Below, one piece after another: positions 1-12,455 of a stretch of DNA of 54,045 bases. Below the pieces are notes generated by a model. That model made no database searches. It worked only from the letters and a program-made list of their open reading frames with translations, and was not told the origin of the DNA. The position numbers and the translations under genes are program-made. This DNA comes from Kondoa subrosea. Lineage: Eukaryota. The first letter of the stretch is position 1, and every line of letters begins with the position of its first letter. The DNA lies in assembly GCA_039545335.1 (NCBI GenBank), contig BCIN01000005.1:1206641-1260685 (forward strand), given 5' to 3'.

Positions 1-422
1 GAACGCTCAAGGGATTGTCTACTGTTCCAAGTAGTGATACTGCAGTAAAATGTTTTGGTGCGTTTTATGTTGGCGATATTTTTGTCAGTTCGCAATGACT
101 TACTTTGTCTTCACTTGAGCACAGTGTGTTTGGAAGACTATGAAGATCAAGATAGTTGTCGGATCCTCAAATGCAATCACTCCTTCCACAAGACATGTCT
201 AGAGTGCGTTCATCGTATCGATCAAGTGATCTCAATTCACTGAGATGATAATGCGATTCGTACAGTCAATGGCTTACAACAGGTCAAAATTCATGTCCGA
301 TGTGTCGACAAATAGGCTGCCAACGGGTCTCACCTCAACCTCTTTCCGCTAGTGCTGATGAAGATTTCTTGGGTGTTGAAGTACAAGAAGGAGATTTCTT
401 GACTGCGTTTGATAATATCTGA
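1..422 (+). CDS. RING-H2 finger E3 ligase-like protein, 3' part (truncated by window start)
   Basis: Spliced exons give CTVCLEDYEDQDSCRILKCNHSFHKTCLE/QWLTTGQNSCPMCR (C3H2C3 RING-H2). Stop TGA at ~420-422. Confidence 0.85.
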
Positions 423-588
423 AGAAGTTGCGTAGGCCAATTTGTACGAATGTTTTTGTAAAAGGGCTTTCTGTTTGAAGTCGATGTAACAAGTACGTGG
501 AATCATGATGCATTGTATTAGTCTACTTAAGATTACCCCTTGTCCATTACATTTACATACTATGAATTCTTCTCTCGTTGCCAAAATC

Positions 589-1118
589 TCATAAATCTAC
601 TCTATCAAACACTTCATTCCCACCGTACAACCCACTTATACTGTCTTTTGATCCAAAGAGGTAGTACTGAGCTCGAGAAACGATAAAGCGAATATGACCC
701 GGTAAGTACTGAGTGCAGGCGAAATAAAGTAAAGCGAGGAAAGCGATGAGGATTATATGAAGTAAGATAACTTCCCACTGCGCGTTCAAGCAAGCGAGCA
801 TGATAAGAGACAAAAGGTTGTAAGATCAAAAGGTAAACGAACAGGTTCCAACATAGAGAAAGCGAATTCCCCTCTGGAACATTATGAGTTCTTCTGCTTC
901 AACAATTACAGCAGACATTGAGAGACGCACGAGTACCAAGTCCAAAGGTCTTGTACTTTGAGCAAGACTAGCTTTAGATGACCTGCATGTTGTTTCCCCT
1001 TTTCATAATCGCTCGCTTGAGGTATCCCTCCTGCTCCTCTTTTATTCCTACTACTGCTACTAGAGATGGATGCCTGCCGTTGTTGAGCACTGCTATTGCT
1101 GGATTTCTTTTTCGCCAT
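589..1118 (-). CDS. Small subunit of serine palmitoyltransferase-like membrane protein (ssSPT family)
   Basis: Three exons: MAKKK...DLWTWYS / GEFAFSMLEP / WEVILLHIILIAFLALLYFACTQYLPGHI. The 'SMLEPWE + TM helix + YLPxH' pattern is the ssSPT signature. Confidence 0.75.
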
Positions 1119-1153
1119 TGGTTGACTTGTAACGAGCAATCAACAATATTGAA

Positions 1154-2237
1154 ATGTCGAGTGGAAGAAGACCTGCTAGTTATGCAGATATTGATCAAGA
1201 TGTGAAAGGTCCTTATAATGACCGATCAACCAGGGATAGGGACAGTCGACGAAGGAGTAGGAGTAGAAGTCCTGTTAGAAGGAATGACAGAGATTCAGGC
1301 AGGAGAAGGGAAAGATCAAGAGGTACTTTTCTAGCTCCCTTCTACTCTGCTCCGTGATCTCTCTATACTCTCTGCTTGTGGTGTTGTCTTACTGGCTATA
1401 TTGGCTCGACACCATTCTTCGCATATGCATTCTCAGCAGATACTGCCTTTCTAGTGTTCTTATTCTACTAATGCTGTCCTACCCCTCTCAGCCCTTTGTT
1501 TGAACAAGTTGAGTATTTCCATTAATCGAGCATTCCATACTGATTCTCCCTTTTTCTTATGACAGATCGTGATGGTCCTCGCGATATCCCTGCTCCTCGT
1601 CCTTCTTACGAAAGAGAACGTTCTCGCGATCGTGATCGTGATAGGGATAGAAGTAGTAGACGTCGTTCCCCTTCTGGGAGAGAAAGAAGAAGAGCTTCAC
1701 CTGATTATAACAACAATAACAATAACAATAACCTTTCATCTGCAAGGAGAGGAGGATCACCTGATTATTCTTCTTCTGCTGTTCCGAGGAGGGAAAGGGA
1801 TGATATAAGATCTTCTGGAAGAGGAGATGAGAGAATAAGAGGAAGAGGAGGGGATGAGAAAGAGATCCCTACTGGTCCATCGTCCTCTAAAGAAGGTCAT
1901 ACTGTTAAAGATGAAGAGCAGCAGGGAGGAGAAGAAGAGCAGGAGGAAGAGGATTCTGAAGCTTTAATGCGTCAAATGATGGGATTCAGTGGATTTGATA
2001 CAACTACTGGCAAACATGTAGCTGGCAATTCAGAAAAGGGAGCAGTCGATATCAAAAGTCAGTAGCTTCATCTTCGTTGTCATTACGTGTGACTGAAGAT
2101 TATTTGCAACTGGCAGAACGTAGAGAATATAGGCAATACATGAATCGTCCGGGCGGATTCAACAGTCAGTTACTTTCTCTTCTCCCTTTCCACATTGTCT
2201 GATGATATAATTAGGACCTTTGGATAAAATGGTTTAA
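1154..2237 (+). CDS. SNRNP27: U4/U6.U5 tri-snRNP 27 kDa protein (RS-rich, DUF1777 C-terminus)
   Basis: RS/RD-rich N-terminus. C-terminal MMGFSGFDTTTGKHV...YRQYMNRPGGFNRPLD is assembled across introns. Stop TAA at 2235-2237. Confidence 0.88.
1707..1731 (+). repeat. (AAC/AAT)n trinucleotide tract encoding poly-Asn in SNRNP27
   Basis: aacaacaataacaataacaataac reads as the NNNNNNNNN run in ORF 1559..2065. Confidence 0.8.
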
Positions 2238-2362
2238 AATACTGCTCAGTATCCATTTTACACAGTCAGATGAATAATAATGTATAATACATGGCAGGGT
2301 ATCCTTCCGTGTGACTATACAGTCCATAAGCCCTATCGAGTCCAGTAAATCCCAGATGTGTA

Positions 2363-4301
2363 TCAATCAATCTCCGGTCGAGCGGTCATCTCTTCCCGCC
2401 CTTGAGCATCTAAAGGTATTCGGGCTTTCTGTTTCCGATAAGGTGGTCTAATTGCAAATTAGAAGCACGTGTTCAGATGAGACCGAAAATCAGGAGATTT
2501 GAAATGAACTTACATTGCTCGACTGAGACCTTTACCGAAATTCATGTAAAGTCTTATTGAAATCAGGCCTGTAAGTAGGAGCATGACAAAAGAGACGATA
2601 GAGAAAAGACTGTTTCCCAAAATAACAACATTCAAATTCAGATCTTCTGTAATGTTCTCGAACACCGAAACTTACGAGAGTGATCGACGATTTGAAGAAT
2701 AGCGTTGACTTTGGGAAGGTTGATAAATTCGAACCAGTTTGTATACGACTGAAAAAGCATCAAGACGTCAATGACGAGTCATACTGCCAATGCAACCGAC
2801 TTACAGTAGGTCTGTGCCGATTCCCTGCCAGCGTAAGTCTTAATGACTAACGCCACGCACGAATCACGCACCAATCCAGCAAGTACGAAAACAGCATAAA
2901 AGCTCATCCCTAATTTACTTTCTTTCCTCACACTGACCGCTGCCAGAATAATGGCTGCTAGAGTTATTGGAAGTGCTGCGATAGTTAAGCCAAGTTCGAT
3001 ACTAGGAATACCGGGTACTATGTTAGACAAAAAATCAGCCTCGTTGAAAAGCTTTGTGGAGAGAAGGCGTACCCAAGATGAGGAATTGTAAGCTGAACCC
3101 AAGCTGTATAATGAATCTCATGTTATTGATATATCAAGCAAATACAGAAGATAGACCATACAAAGAAGAAGACCTGTGAGATCCCACCCAACTTTGCTAT
3201 CAGAGAAACTCTGATAGAGAGCCATGGCTGACTCACATCGAATTTTAGAAAGACGACAAAGTACTGATACCACTGGTACATTCTCCTGATTGACAGACTG
3301 ATTGACACAGTCAGTGCCATGTTGTCTGAATTAGAAATACGACCTACCTTGCTCCAAGCACTTGAAAGATCGCATAACCGAAATCAAAGAATAAGAAATA
3401 CGTCTGTCAGTTGCAGCCATCCGCTCTTAGCAATAATTACTTGCCAAGTGAGATCTCTGGACTGACCGTGACTCCTCTCACTAAAGTCCCCCAAGCCAAT
3501 ATACAAGGAATAGCAATAATTATAGCATTGACCGATTGATAGAGTGTTTTTCCACCAGGACAACTAAGTACCGCGTTTGCGGCTGAACAACCTTGAGGAT
3601 TAGCATTGATTAATGCATCTTGAATTTGAGATTTCATTAAAGCTGCGTAGATGAGTATAGAGAGGGAGAAGATTAGGATGGCTTCCAGTTGTAAGATGTT
3701 CTTGAGTCGGAGGGCATCGAATGAAACGAGGAGAAGAAAGAGAACAGCTAAGATGAAGATAGCTAAATAGACCTATAAACCATCAAGATTATAACAGCAT
3801 AAGTAACGCGTCAAATGGAAAGGACGAAGGGTTCCCTTACCTGTATGGATCTCAGCATGAGTAACGCGTAAATTGAGCAGCAAGGCGACCTACCTGTATC
3901 GACCTCAATTCACCATTCCCCTCTGAAATGATCCTGTTCTCAATCTTTACAAACACAACAGCAATCAAAGCCAGTACCGCTATTCCTTCAAACAACACTG
4001 TGCCCATATAAAACACTGCTTTCTGTGTTTGAAAAGCTGTAGAGAAGAACCCATTCCCTTCTGATCGCTGACTGGAAGTGCGGTGTTGGTATTTAGGTCT
4101 AATTGTAGTAAGCCTTTCATCTGAATCTTGTACTGTTGGTGGCAGAGGCCTAGAAGGTAGCATTTGACTTGAGCTTGATGTCCCAGAATAAACACTTTGT
4201 CCCAATTTGTCTGAAGTTGCTGAATAGATGGACTCGCGTTGCTGTTCATTCGGATGGGGTTTATCATGTACAGCTCTGGCGCCAGGAGGCAGCAAGGACA
4301 T
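2363..4301 (-). CDS. Multi-pass membrane protein, UPF0658 (Golgi membrane protein)-like
   Basis: Multi-exon with several TM helices. Motifs VYLAIFI...FDALRLKNILQ, AVSVRKESKLGM and NFGKGL; C-terminus ...RPEID*. Confidence 0.7.
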
Positions 4302-4547
4302 CTTGGAAGTCGTGGATGACTGTGTATTTTGCTCGTTGTTCTCCAACCAAAGCTTACTGTTCTGAACATTGAGAGGCAAGCTGGCTATCATCAGGAAAGG
4401 CTACCTCTTACTACTCTTACCTATCTCCCTTTTTCTTTACTTGGTCTCTCTTCATCACCGCAACTTCCGTCCTTTCAACCTCAATCCAGTGAACCTGATA
4501 GAGACTTTGATCCTGATCTCCGACATTCGAGCACATCTTTTTCTACT

Positions 4548-5452
4548 ATGCAAACAGTTCGCTATGGTTCCATTTCAGCTTTAGTCAAGCAAGCTTCAAA
4601 GAAACATACAGCAACCGTCATCTTCGCGTAAGTATATCTTTCACTTTGTCTCAGTTCCCATCCCTATACTGAGCTGAGACTGATTGATGTGTGATTGACG
4701 AAAACAGACATGGTTTAGGAGATAGTGGACAAGGATGGTCTTTCTTACCTGAACAACTTTCTTCTTTGGACGGTCATACGAAATATGTTTTCCCTACTGC
4801 TAAAAGACAACCTGTTTCCGTTAATGGAGGAATGGCAATGAATTCATGGTATGATATTTATGAATTGGGTGGTTCAGCAGGAGGAGCTGGTAACGGACCA
4901 AGAAGAGTTGATAAAAAAGGTTTGATGGAATCGGTTGAAGCGATTAGAAGTATTGTGGAAAAAGAATTGGAGAGTACTGATATACCTCAAGAACGGATTG
5001 TGGTTGGTGGATTTTCTCAGGGTTCTGCGGTTTCCTTGTTATTGGGTATCACTTCACCTCATAAACTCGCTGGAATTGTGGTCTTGAGTGGATATCTTGC
5101 TCAATATGACGGATTGACGGAAGTAGGTCCCTCTCATCCAGGCCTTTCTTATCGTACTGAGTGTTTGATGCAGCAAATAACTGACACCGGAAGGGCAATT
5201 CCGTACTTTATGGGTCATGGCAAAGATGATCCAGTGGTCCTATACGAATGGGGTACAAGAAGTGCAAAAGTATTGGCAGACGAATACAAAGTCACGAATG
5301 TGGACTTCAACTCTTATTCGAGTACGTCGTCTTCTCATGTTCAATGTATTACATGGCTAATCTTATCAACAGATCTGGAACATTCTGCCTCACCAAAAGA
5401 ACTCAAAGATTTGGAGAAATTCTTGAACAAGGTCATTCCGGCAAAGTTGTAA
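4548..5452 (+). CDS. Acyl-protein thioesterase 1 / phospholipase-carboxylesterase (alpha/beta hydrolase)
   Basis: TATVIFAHGLGDSG, P(T)A..PV..NGG..M.SWYDI, GGFSQG nucleophile motif, HGKDDPVV and catalytic His in LEHSA. Confidence 0.92.
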
Positions 5453-5542
5453 CATGCTACATCGTTTCAGATGTTTTCAAATGTAAACATAGAAAATGAT
5501 TGCTCGACAATTGCTTGGGCAATCCTCTTTCTTCTTTTACAC

Positions 5543-8500
5543 TTAGGCCTCTTTTACACTATCTTTACTGACGAAGCCAACCAACAATTTTGCGTTCTCC
5601 GCGCCAATCAAATCGCTCATTTGCTCATGATCCATCCCACTCAACTCTTCCAAATTCTTGACTTTACTCATAATGTATCTGTAATTCTTGCTGTTCACAC
5701 CAGGCATGTTCCTCAAAAGATCTTGAGGAGCTTGATTGAAAGCACTTTCCAAACCTTCTTTGTTCATAGTTTCGTCAGATCCTATCAACCCAGCCTTTTC
5801 AGGATCAGGTTCATCTTGCTGTTGTTTGAGATCAGCGAAAATATCAGAGGTTTCGTAAGGTGAAGAAGACCAGATGATTCGTAATCGAGGGAAAGTTAAA
5901 GTAAGGAGGACGAGTTTGGCGTGAAGATCGGTATCGTTGAGACTACTTGAGGCGATTGCTTTGGGGTCAGAATAGGTCTGACGGAGCAATTAGCAATGAC
6001 AAGTGGTTTCAGGGAAAGAATTTACTTCAAGGGAGAAAGACTTCTTTTGATCAAATTCGATCAAGAGAATGGGTTGCTTGTAGTAGATGGTCATAAGTTC
6101 ACATTGTTGATATCTATCAGATTCACTTCAATCGTCGGTCAAATACAGTATATCGTAAACACTCACAATCGTCCAGAATTGAAACTTTGAATCAAATCGG
6201 GTATACTTTTCCTTTCTACACACATTTCGGGAGATATGACATAATCGCCAATAGTCAGAGTGAGCGGTACCACAAGAAAGCTTGAAGCATGTAACAGAGA
6301 AGGGAGGGAAGAGCGAAATTCTCGAACATCGACGATGATCTATTTCATGTTTAGGTTTAGGATGTGCGAAGGAGCACAGGAGCACTCACTCGTGGTGGAT
6401 CTGCTCTGACACTCTTGCTACCGCCTGCAATTCTAGTATTTATAGTACGCAGGAATTCTTCTTCGTTTTCCCCTGGCCGCTTTTCAGCTTCAAAGGTGAT
6501 CGCCATGCTCTGTGTAGCGTCAATTCAGGGAAAATGTGCGAAGAAAGACTTTAAATGCTCACAGCTCGCTCTCTGATGAGCTTCTCAAAGGATTCTTTTT
6601 CTCGTCGTATACTTTGCAGATACTTCTGCTCTTCCACCGAGCTGGAATAGACCAGGAAGTAGGTACGGAGACTGAGACCAGGATGTAGCGCGCGATATGC
6701 CTTCATATTGTATTATATATCAGCTATAGACTCAGACATTAGAAGGATTGATATACCTCAATCCTTCTGACAAAAGAAGTGTCTGCATCGTACATGACTA
6801 CATACGTCGGTCGGAGCTCCTCTAATATTCGATCATCTTCGTCTCCATTGAAAGGACGAATCACGACCAGTTCATTTGGCGAGCAAAGCCCAAAGAATTC
6901 GTCAAAGGTATCTTCGTCCAGAACTTCAGGCATGGCATCAGCAAGTAGATCAGCTTCAGCTGTGGTGGTTGAAGAATCCAACCTGTTCGGAGACGTTCCC
7001 ACAATTAGCAAACGCTGATAAGTAGTTTCAGTCCACAAACAGATCAGCCACAGCTCCAGCTTCAGTCGCAAGCAATTCCACGTCTTCCGCTCCTTCCTCT
7101 TTTAGCTTCTTCGATCGAGATCCAGTACTGGCAGCCGGAGTAGAACCGCCCCCTCTGACTCTTCTTCGCTTGTTACTCGGTTGACCTCTTTTGTACTCTG
7201 TCTTCCGCTTCAAAGCTGCACTTTCCACTAGAGGACCAACACCAGGTATTGCAGCGTTTCCTTTGAATTTGCTACCATTTGTATTGACGTTCATGAGATT
7301 GCGTGTCATTTTACCTAGAGTGCCTTTCCAAAAGAAATAGTTCTGCAGTTTGCTGGAAAGGATTCGTCGACCGGATCGTTGAGAATCAATAAGATCATCG
7401 GAAGAAGAAAGATAGGTACGTAGAGTGACGCATGTTGCTGGAGAGTCACACATGATCAGAACAGTATTAGTAGTGAGCGGATTCGGGTCTGTTCGTATCT
7501 TTATCTATGAAACTGTACTTGAAAAAGTAATGACATACCTGGATCATCTTGAGCTTCCTGCCAATGCAAGTTCGCTTCAATCTCTTCCATCACTTGGGCC
7601 AACAAAGCCCATTTTGGTTGTTCCTCAAGAACCGGTTTCATCCCAAGCGGCATCCACCATTTTCTCTCCATTTCATCTTCATCATTGTTCTGTCTTTGTT
7701 TGCCTTTAGCTTTCTCGGACATAGGAGCAGGTGTTGATCTTCCTTCAGGAACCTCGTTCCATAGATCAGCATTGTCTATAGCTAAAAGCGCTTCTTCTTC
7801 TTCCGCAGAAGGTTCACCTCGCTGATAGTGTTCATTTTGCCATGAAACCTCATCGTCTCCTGCTCGAGCTGGTTCAGGAGGTAATTCGTCTGCTTTGAGG
7901 TAAACCCTTCTTCGAGCTTCTCTGATCATAGTCTCCGCTGCTGGTAAGTAGAGCCAAGGTGATTTGTTTTGTTTTTGTGCACCAGTGACTGGATTAGTAG
8001 AGTTGGTAGAAAGAATGGTTTCGAGGAATTGATTGAAGGAAACGCAGTCGAGTTGTAAGTGATAGTTTACCAATTTACGGAGAGTAGTAAGATCGGAAAC
8101 GAGTTGTTTAGTTTTAGGTCCGATTTTGTGCCAGGATGGATCAAGTTGAGAACGAATCACTACGTCGAAAGATTTGAAAAGCGCGTTATCGATCGTGCAA
8201 AATTCTTCGGCATCTTGCAAGATTGATCCAGCAGAAGTTGATCTTCGGATCTCGCTCAAAGTGGCTTCAATACAGTCATAGATCGCTTGTTGGATCATCA
8301 TCATAGCGTCCGTCAAAGGTTGATACAGTTCAATCACATCCGCTTTGTGTCGACCTAGATTGTTCTTGACTTCTTCGTGGAAACGAGGCCAGAGATATAC
8401 ATTACGTAGCTTAAGCTGAGTAAGAACAGTAGCGAGGGGAGCAACACCAAAGTGAAACTGCTCTGGTTGGTCAGAGACAGCTTTGATGAAACCAGACTAC

Positions 8501-9029
8501 ATGGATGTTAACGATTTGACTGAGTGATGAAGACCAGTACATACTCTATTCTGCTCTCTGAAAACTCTGACAATGAAGGCTTCTGTTGAAGTAGGTTTAA
8601 CGCTGCGTATCATTAGTATCTTCCCGTACGAAATCAACAGAAAGCTCACTTCTCCGCATGAAGCACAACGATGCCAGTAATCTTGTCAACAGGCACGACT
8701 TTATTGAGCATATCCACCACAATGATCCTACTCGTAACGCTCAGAATTCCACCCTTGCTGTACAATTCCGCTCTATCTTTGGCTGGTGAGTCATGACCAA
8801 CACATTTCAGCTTCATTCCTAGCTCTTCACCTAGTCCTCGCTCTTCTTCAGGCGTTGCATTGATCACAATAACCAGATTCGAAGGATCATCGTAAATCTT
8901 AAGCAAACGAGCGATCAGCAGTTGAAGTCCTAGACCACGAGCGAGGATAAGCAGTCCATCATTCTCCGTCAGCTGCTGTAGGATCGTGCGCTGATAGGGC
9001 AACAGAGGCGCTTGGGTATTGTTGGACAT
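5543..9029 (-). CDS. RAD1: DNA repair endonuclease XPF (Rad1/Rad16/MEI-9/ERCC4)
   Basis: N-terminal [25 protein letters not shown] and GIVVLHAEK; also LEEQPKW and [13 protein letters not shown]. Nuclease core [15 protein letters not shown] and C-terminal HhH LLRNMPGV. Confidence 0.93.
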
Positions 9030-9310
9030 GTCATTGTTTGGAACAAGCGCAGCGCGCAAAGAATTACAGGACGCGTATATGCAAGAGTTACTTATTAGAG
9101 ATCGCTACATCGACGTATCTCGGGCCCATCACCCTTGAGCCCATACATTCCATCAATCATCTTATGACCAGCGGAAAGCAGCACCGACTTGTCGATAGCA
9201 GAAATTAGATTTGGAGTATCGTTATAAATGTTTCATGGCGAAATGGAAGACGACTCAATGTCAAACAAGTAATTTAAAGGGAGTGGATATTGCATAAAGA
9301 TTATAAATTT

Positions 9311-10009
9311 CTACTTATATAAGATCAGGCTTGAATGTTGAACAGTGTCAGCATCCTGGCGAATCTCCTCTTCGAATCTTCCTTTGTGGTACCTCCAGCG
9401 ATTGGACATGTCCTTATCGATAGGCTCCTGTTTCCATGCTGACCAGTTCGTATAAGGAGGAGGATTTTTGTGAGAGATCGTGTCTGACGCAGAAAAAACC
9501 GGTAGGTAAGACAAATCTAGAACGGGGGAGCAGACAGAACTAACGGTAAGCTGTATAAATAATGGGGGATCTAACATCGCCGAGATGCCACAAATCCTGC
9601 AAATATTATATAGGAAGAACGTGGAGACAAAACGCACGCTTACATGTAAGAGCTGGTACGCATGGGTGTGCTCAGTATGGTCATGACTGCCTCTGTCGGA
9701 TTGGTAGTCTGTGCCTGCGAAAGATCTGGAGGCTGCGACACTGTCTATGAAACGACATCGGGCGAATTTGTCGAAAGTGACCAGGAAATCGTGCAAGACT
9801 TGATTCCTTTCAAGATGTGGATGTGTGGTGATGTAAACGTGATCGTCGCGAACCAGGATGAGTATGGCCTGACTGGCGGCGACGTAAGTCTTGGAGGAAA
9901 AGCTCTTGGGCTTTCCTGCATCTTTCCAATCCTTGACGATTCGATTGATCAATCTAATGGCATCGTCCACAGCGGTAGAAACAGGATGAGACGAGCTGGA
10001 AGAAGACAT
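9311..10009 (-). CDS. Hypothetical protein, lineage-specific family copy A (3 exons)
   Basis: ATG at 10009, TATAAAAA ~90 nt upstream, two canonical introns. Clear paralogy to 14422-15177. Confidence 0.7.
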   Translation of the reverse strand: MSSSSSSHPVSTAVDDAIRLINRIVKDWKDAGKPKSFSSKTYVAASQAILILVRDDHVYITTHPHLERNQVLHDFLVTFDKFARCRFIDSVAASRSFAGTDYQSDRGSHDHTEHTHAYQLLHVSVRFVSTFFLYNICRICGISAMLDPPLFIQLTVSSVCSPVLDLSYLPVFSASDTISHKNPPPYTNWSAWKQEPIDKDMSNRWRYHKGRFEEEIRQDADTVQHSSLILYK

Positions 10010-10098
10010 GTCCGATGCAGCTGAATTTGTAATAAGTTGAAGAGAGAAGGTAAGAGAGGTTGCTGGTCAAGAGCAAGAGAAGATCAGGGAAAAATGGC

Positions 10099-10106
10099 TT
10101 TTTATA
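10099..10106 (-). promoter_or_regulatory. TATA box of family copy A
   Basis: TATAAAAA on the minus strand. An equivalent element lies at 15257-15264 upstream of the paralog. Confidence 0.5.
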
Positions 10107-10741
10107 GAGTCGGATTCGGATTTACGGGTGTGATATTACTGCTGCGATAGACGAAATCAAGCAATTACCTTTGCCTGGGCTTGTCACAGGCTAGAACTAC
10201 ACCAAGATTGCTTTGGACGTTCAAATTTTATCAGAGGTCATAGGGAATTGAATTGGATTGAACGGATCTAAAGGACCTCCGGTTGGGTAATTCGGAGGTC
10301 ATACGGCGAAATAGGTGAGAGAAACCACCATAAGGCTGTTAGAACCAATGCGCGCAGCAAGACATAGACGTAAGTCGATAGCGTGTTCGAGAAGAAACAG
10401 AACACTGCGATGGCCATTCTTTTGTCTTCCTGGAAGAAGTATTCTCAAGGGAGAAGATAACAGCTAAACAGACTGAATAGGTAGAGCATCAAAAGCACAG
10501 GTGAGCCGCTTCAAAGCCTCAAGACAGGACGGCCCGGTGAAGACAGATTCTCGATCATCCAGTTATAGATTTTATGCAGTAATTTGATGTTGAGACGTCC
10601 ATGGGCATCTGTTAAATTGAAGCAAGCGCCTGCTACGGCGATCTGACGGAATTCGAGCAGTATTTTTGCGCCCCGTGTCTCTGGATATATGAGACTGAAC
10701 TGGGTATGTTGCTATGGCAGCTGCTTTGGAATGCCTGCTGC

Positions 10742-10880
10742 CTTCATTCGCAGAAAATCAAACGATAGACATCATTTGCGGAAAACCTTTGGACCTTTTT
10801 GTTTCGAACCACTCCAGACCACTCAGGCTTGGTGCCATAAGCGCTTTATTCACATCTGATATCATCTTGGCCTCTGTCCA
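10742..10880 (+). pseudogene. Degenerate duplicate of the upstream region and first exon of the RCR-like gene (start codon ATG>ATA)
   Basis: 10742-10790 matches 15849-15890. ATAAGCGCTTTATTCACATCTGATATCATCTTGGC (10837-) matches ATGAGCGCTTTATTCACATCTGCTATCGTCTTGGC (15950-). Confidence 0.75.
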
Positions 10881-10988
10881 CCGAGTACAGCCGGAACAAA
10901 GGCAAAGACCATTTCTCGCTGCAAGTCAGATGTCACAATTCATTCTCTCTAGCTGATCCGAATTGAGTGCACACGTGCTCTCCATGGC

Positions 10989-11600
10989 TTCAACAGAGTA
11001 GAAGTGCAGATAAGCGCGCCTTCCAGAACTCCAAGATCGCCTTTTCGGAAAGAGACCTCTGTTTCTCAGAAGCAGTCATTTCATGCAAGTCGAAGTCCGC
11101 TCCGTATCGCGTCTGTACTGTCCGTCAAGTCTCTTCATACTTTCACAATCTCACGTGCGCAGCCAAGTCTCGCGCGAGCAGAGAGATATCGAGCAAAGAT
11201 ACCGAGCTCCTTCTTGCCATGATATTCTTTCTCTTCTTTGCTTCCTTTAGCATATCATGAAGTCTCTGTTGCATCCGAAAGAGAAGGAAGCTTTGCAAAG
11301 CGGCCCATCTCCACTTCAAGGGTCATCTTCTTCAGTTCTGCCAGCTTATGAGAGGCTGCACAGATTCCGCTCCATGCGTTAGCTTCGATGTCTATATTGT
11401 CCTGCAGCGGCTGAAATGCGTCAACAGATGTCTTTGCTTCTCTTTGACTGATCGGATTCGATTCATGCGTTTCCCTGAATCGACTTTGCAAGCGGTTCGA
11501 CAAGCTATACCTCTGGCTTGGACTAAAGGAATCCAGAAAGAAAGCTCATTCGGTAAATGTCAGTACACCTTTGAAACTATGGAAGGCAAATTCTGATCTG
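10989..11600 (-). CDS. Possible hypothetical helical/coiled-coil protein (start uncertain)
   Basis: ORF 11255..11503 can be spliced in phase to RLHDMLKEAKKRK...RDLAAH and then TRYGADFDL...WKARLSALLLC*. One donor is weak and no clear start codon was found. Confidence 0.3.
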
Positions 11601-12455
11601 AGTTAAGCAGCCCACGAAATCAAGCTCAAGGGGAATCCGTTTCGCGGAGGGCTTCCTGATCATATTCCGTCTCGTGTGTTGCTAGTGAGTTTGAGATCAT
11701 GCCCCCATGCCAATAGCTGATCGAAAATAGGTAGCGTTGATCAAAACTCTCTACGACTGTGGTCACGTCATTTATTCTCCTAGCGATCTCTCAAAAGCCG
11801 TGCTGGAAAAGGACAGCTTATTCTTTCGTTATTCCTTTCCTCAACCACCTGTTGCTGTCTGGTTTGCAATTTCTTTCACGTAAGCTCTTCCTCAATTGAG
11901 TGCATTTCAAGCTAAAATTCACTCGCAGATTGGGTGATACGATTCGCTTGATCGGTGTTGGCTAGTATATGCTCTTTAGTACTCTCGCTAATCACAATTC
12001 TAGGCTCCGCCTCATCTTATTCCGCAATTCCGTGCTCTGTTGGGACCAAGAATCCAACGAGAAACAATCAAAGAGCAAGATACATACGACTTCAAGATGT
12101 TAGGTTTCGCTTTCGTTGCTTCTGGTAAATCAATCGACTTGATCAAAATCATTGCCTGATTCTGAAAGGCTGAATAGGCATTGATGTGATCGACACGCAC
12201 ATCTTGGCTTTAAGCATCTTGGATCTGCTTTCTCAGAACTCATTATCGTTACACGCTTCAATCGATGTGACTACTGGCAGTGCTGAACAAGGTATGGCAT
12301 TTTTACCAATCCTGAAATTTTGACTGATGTTGCACTTAGGTGAATGTGATTGCTGGATTGTGCGCTCAGTGTGATGAAGACAATCATTGTGATTCTGATT
12401 CAGCACATGGACATGTGTATATCATTTCATTGTATATTTACGTCGCTGTGCCCCT

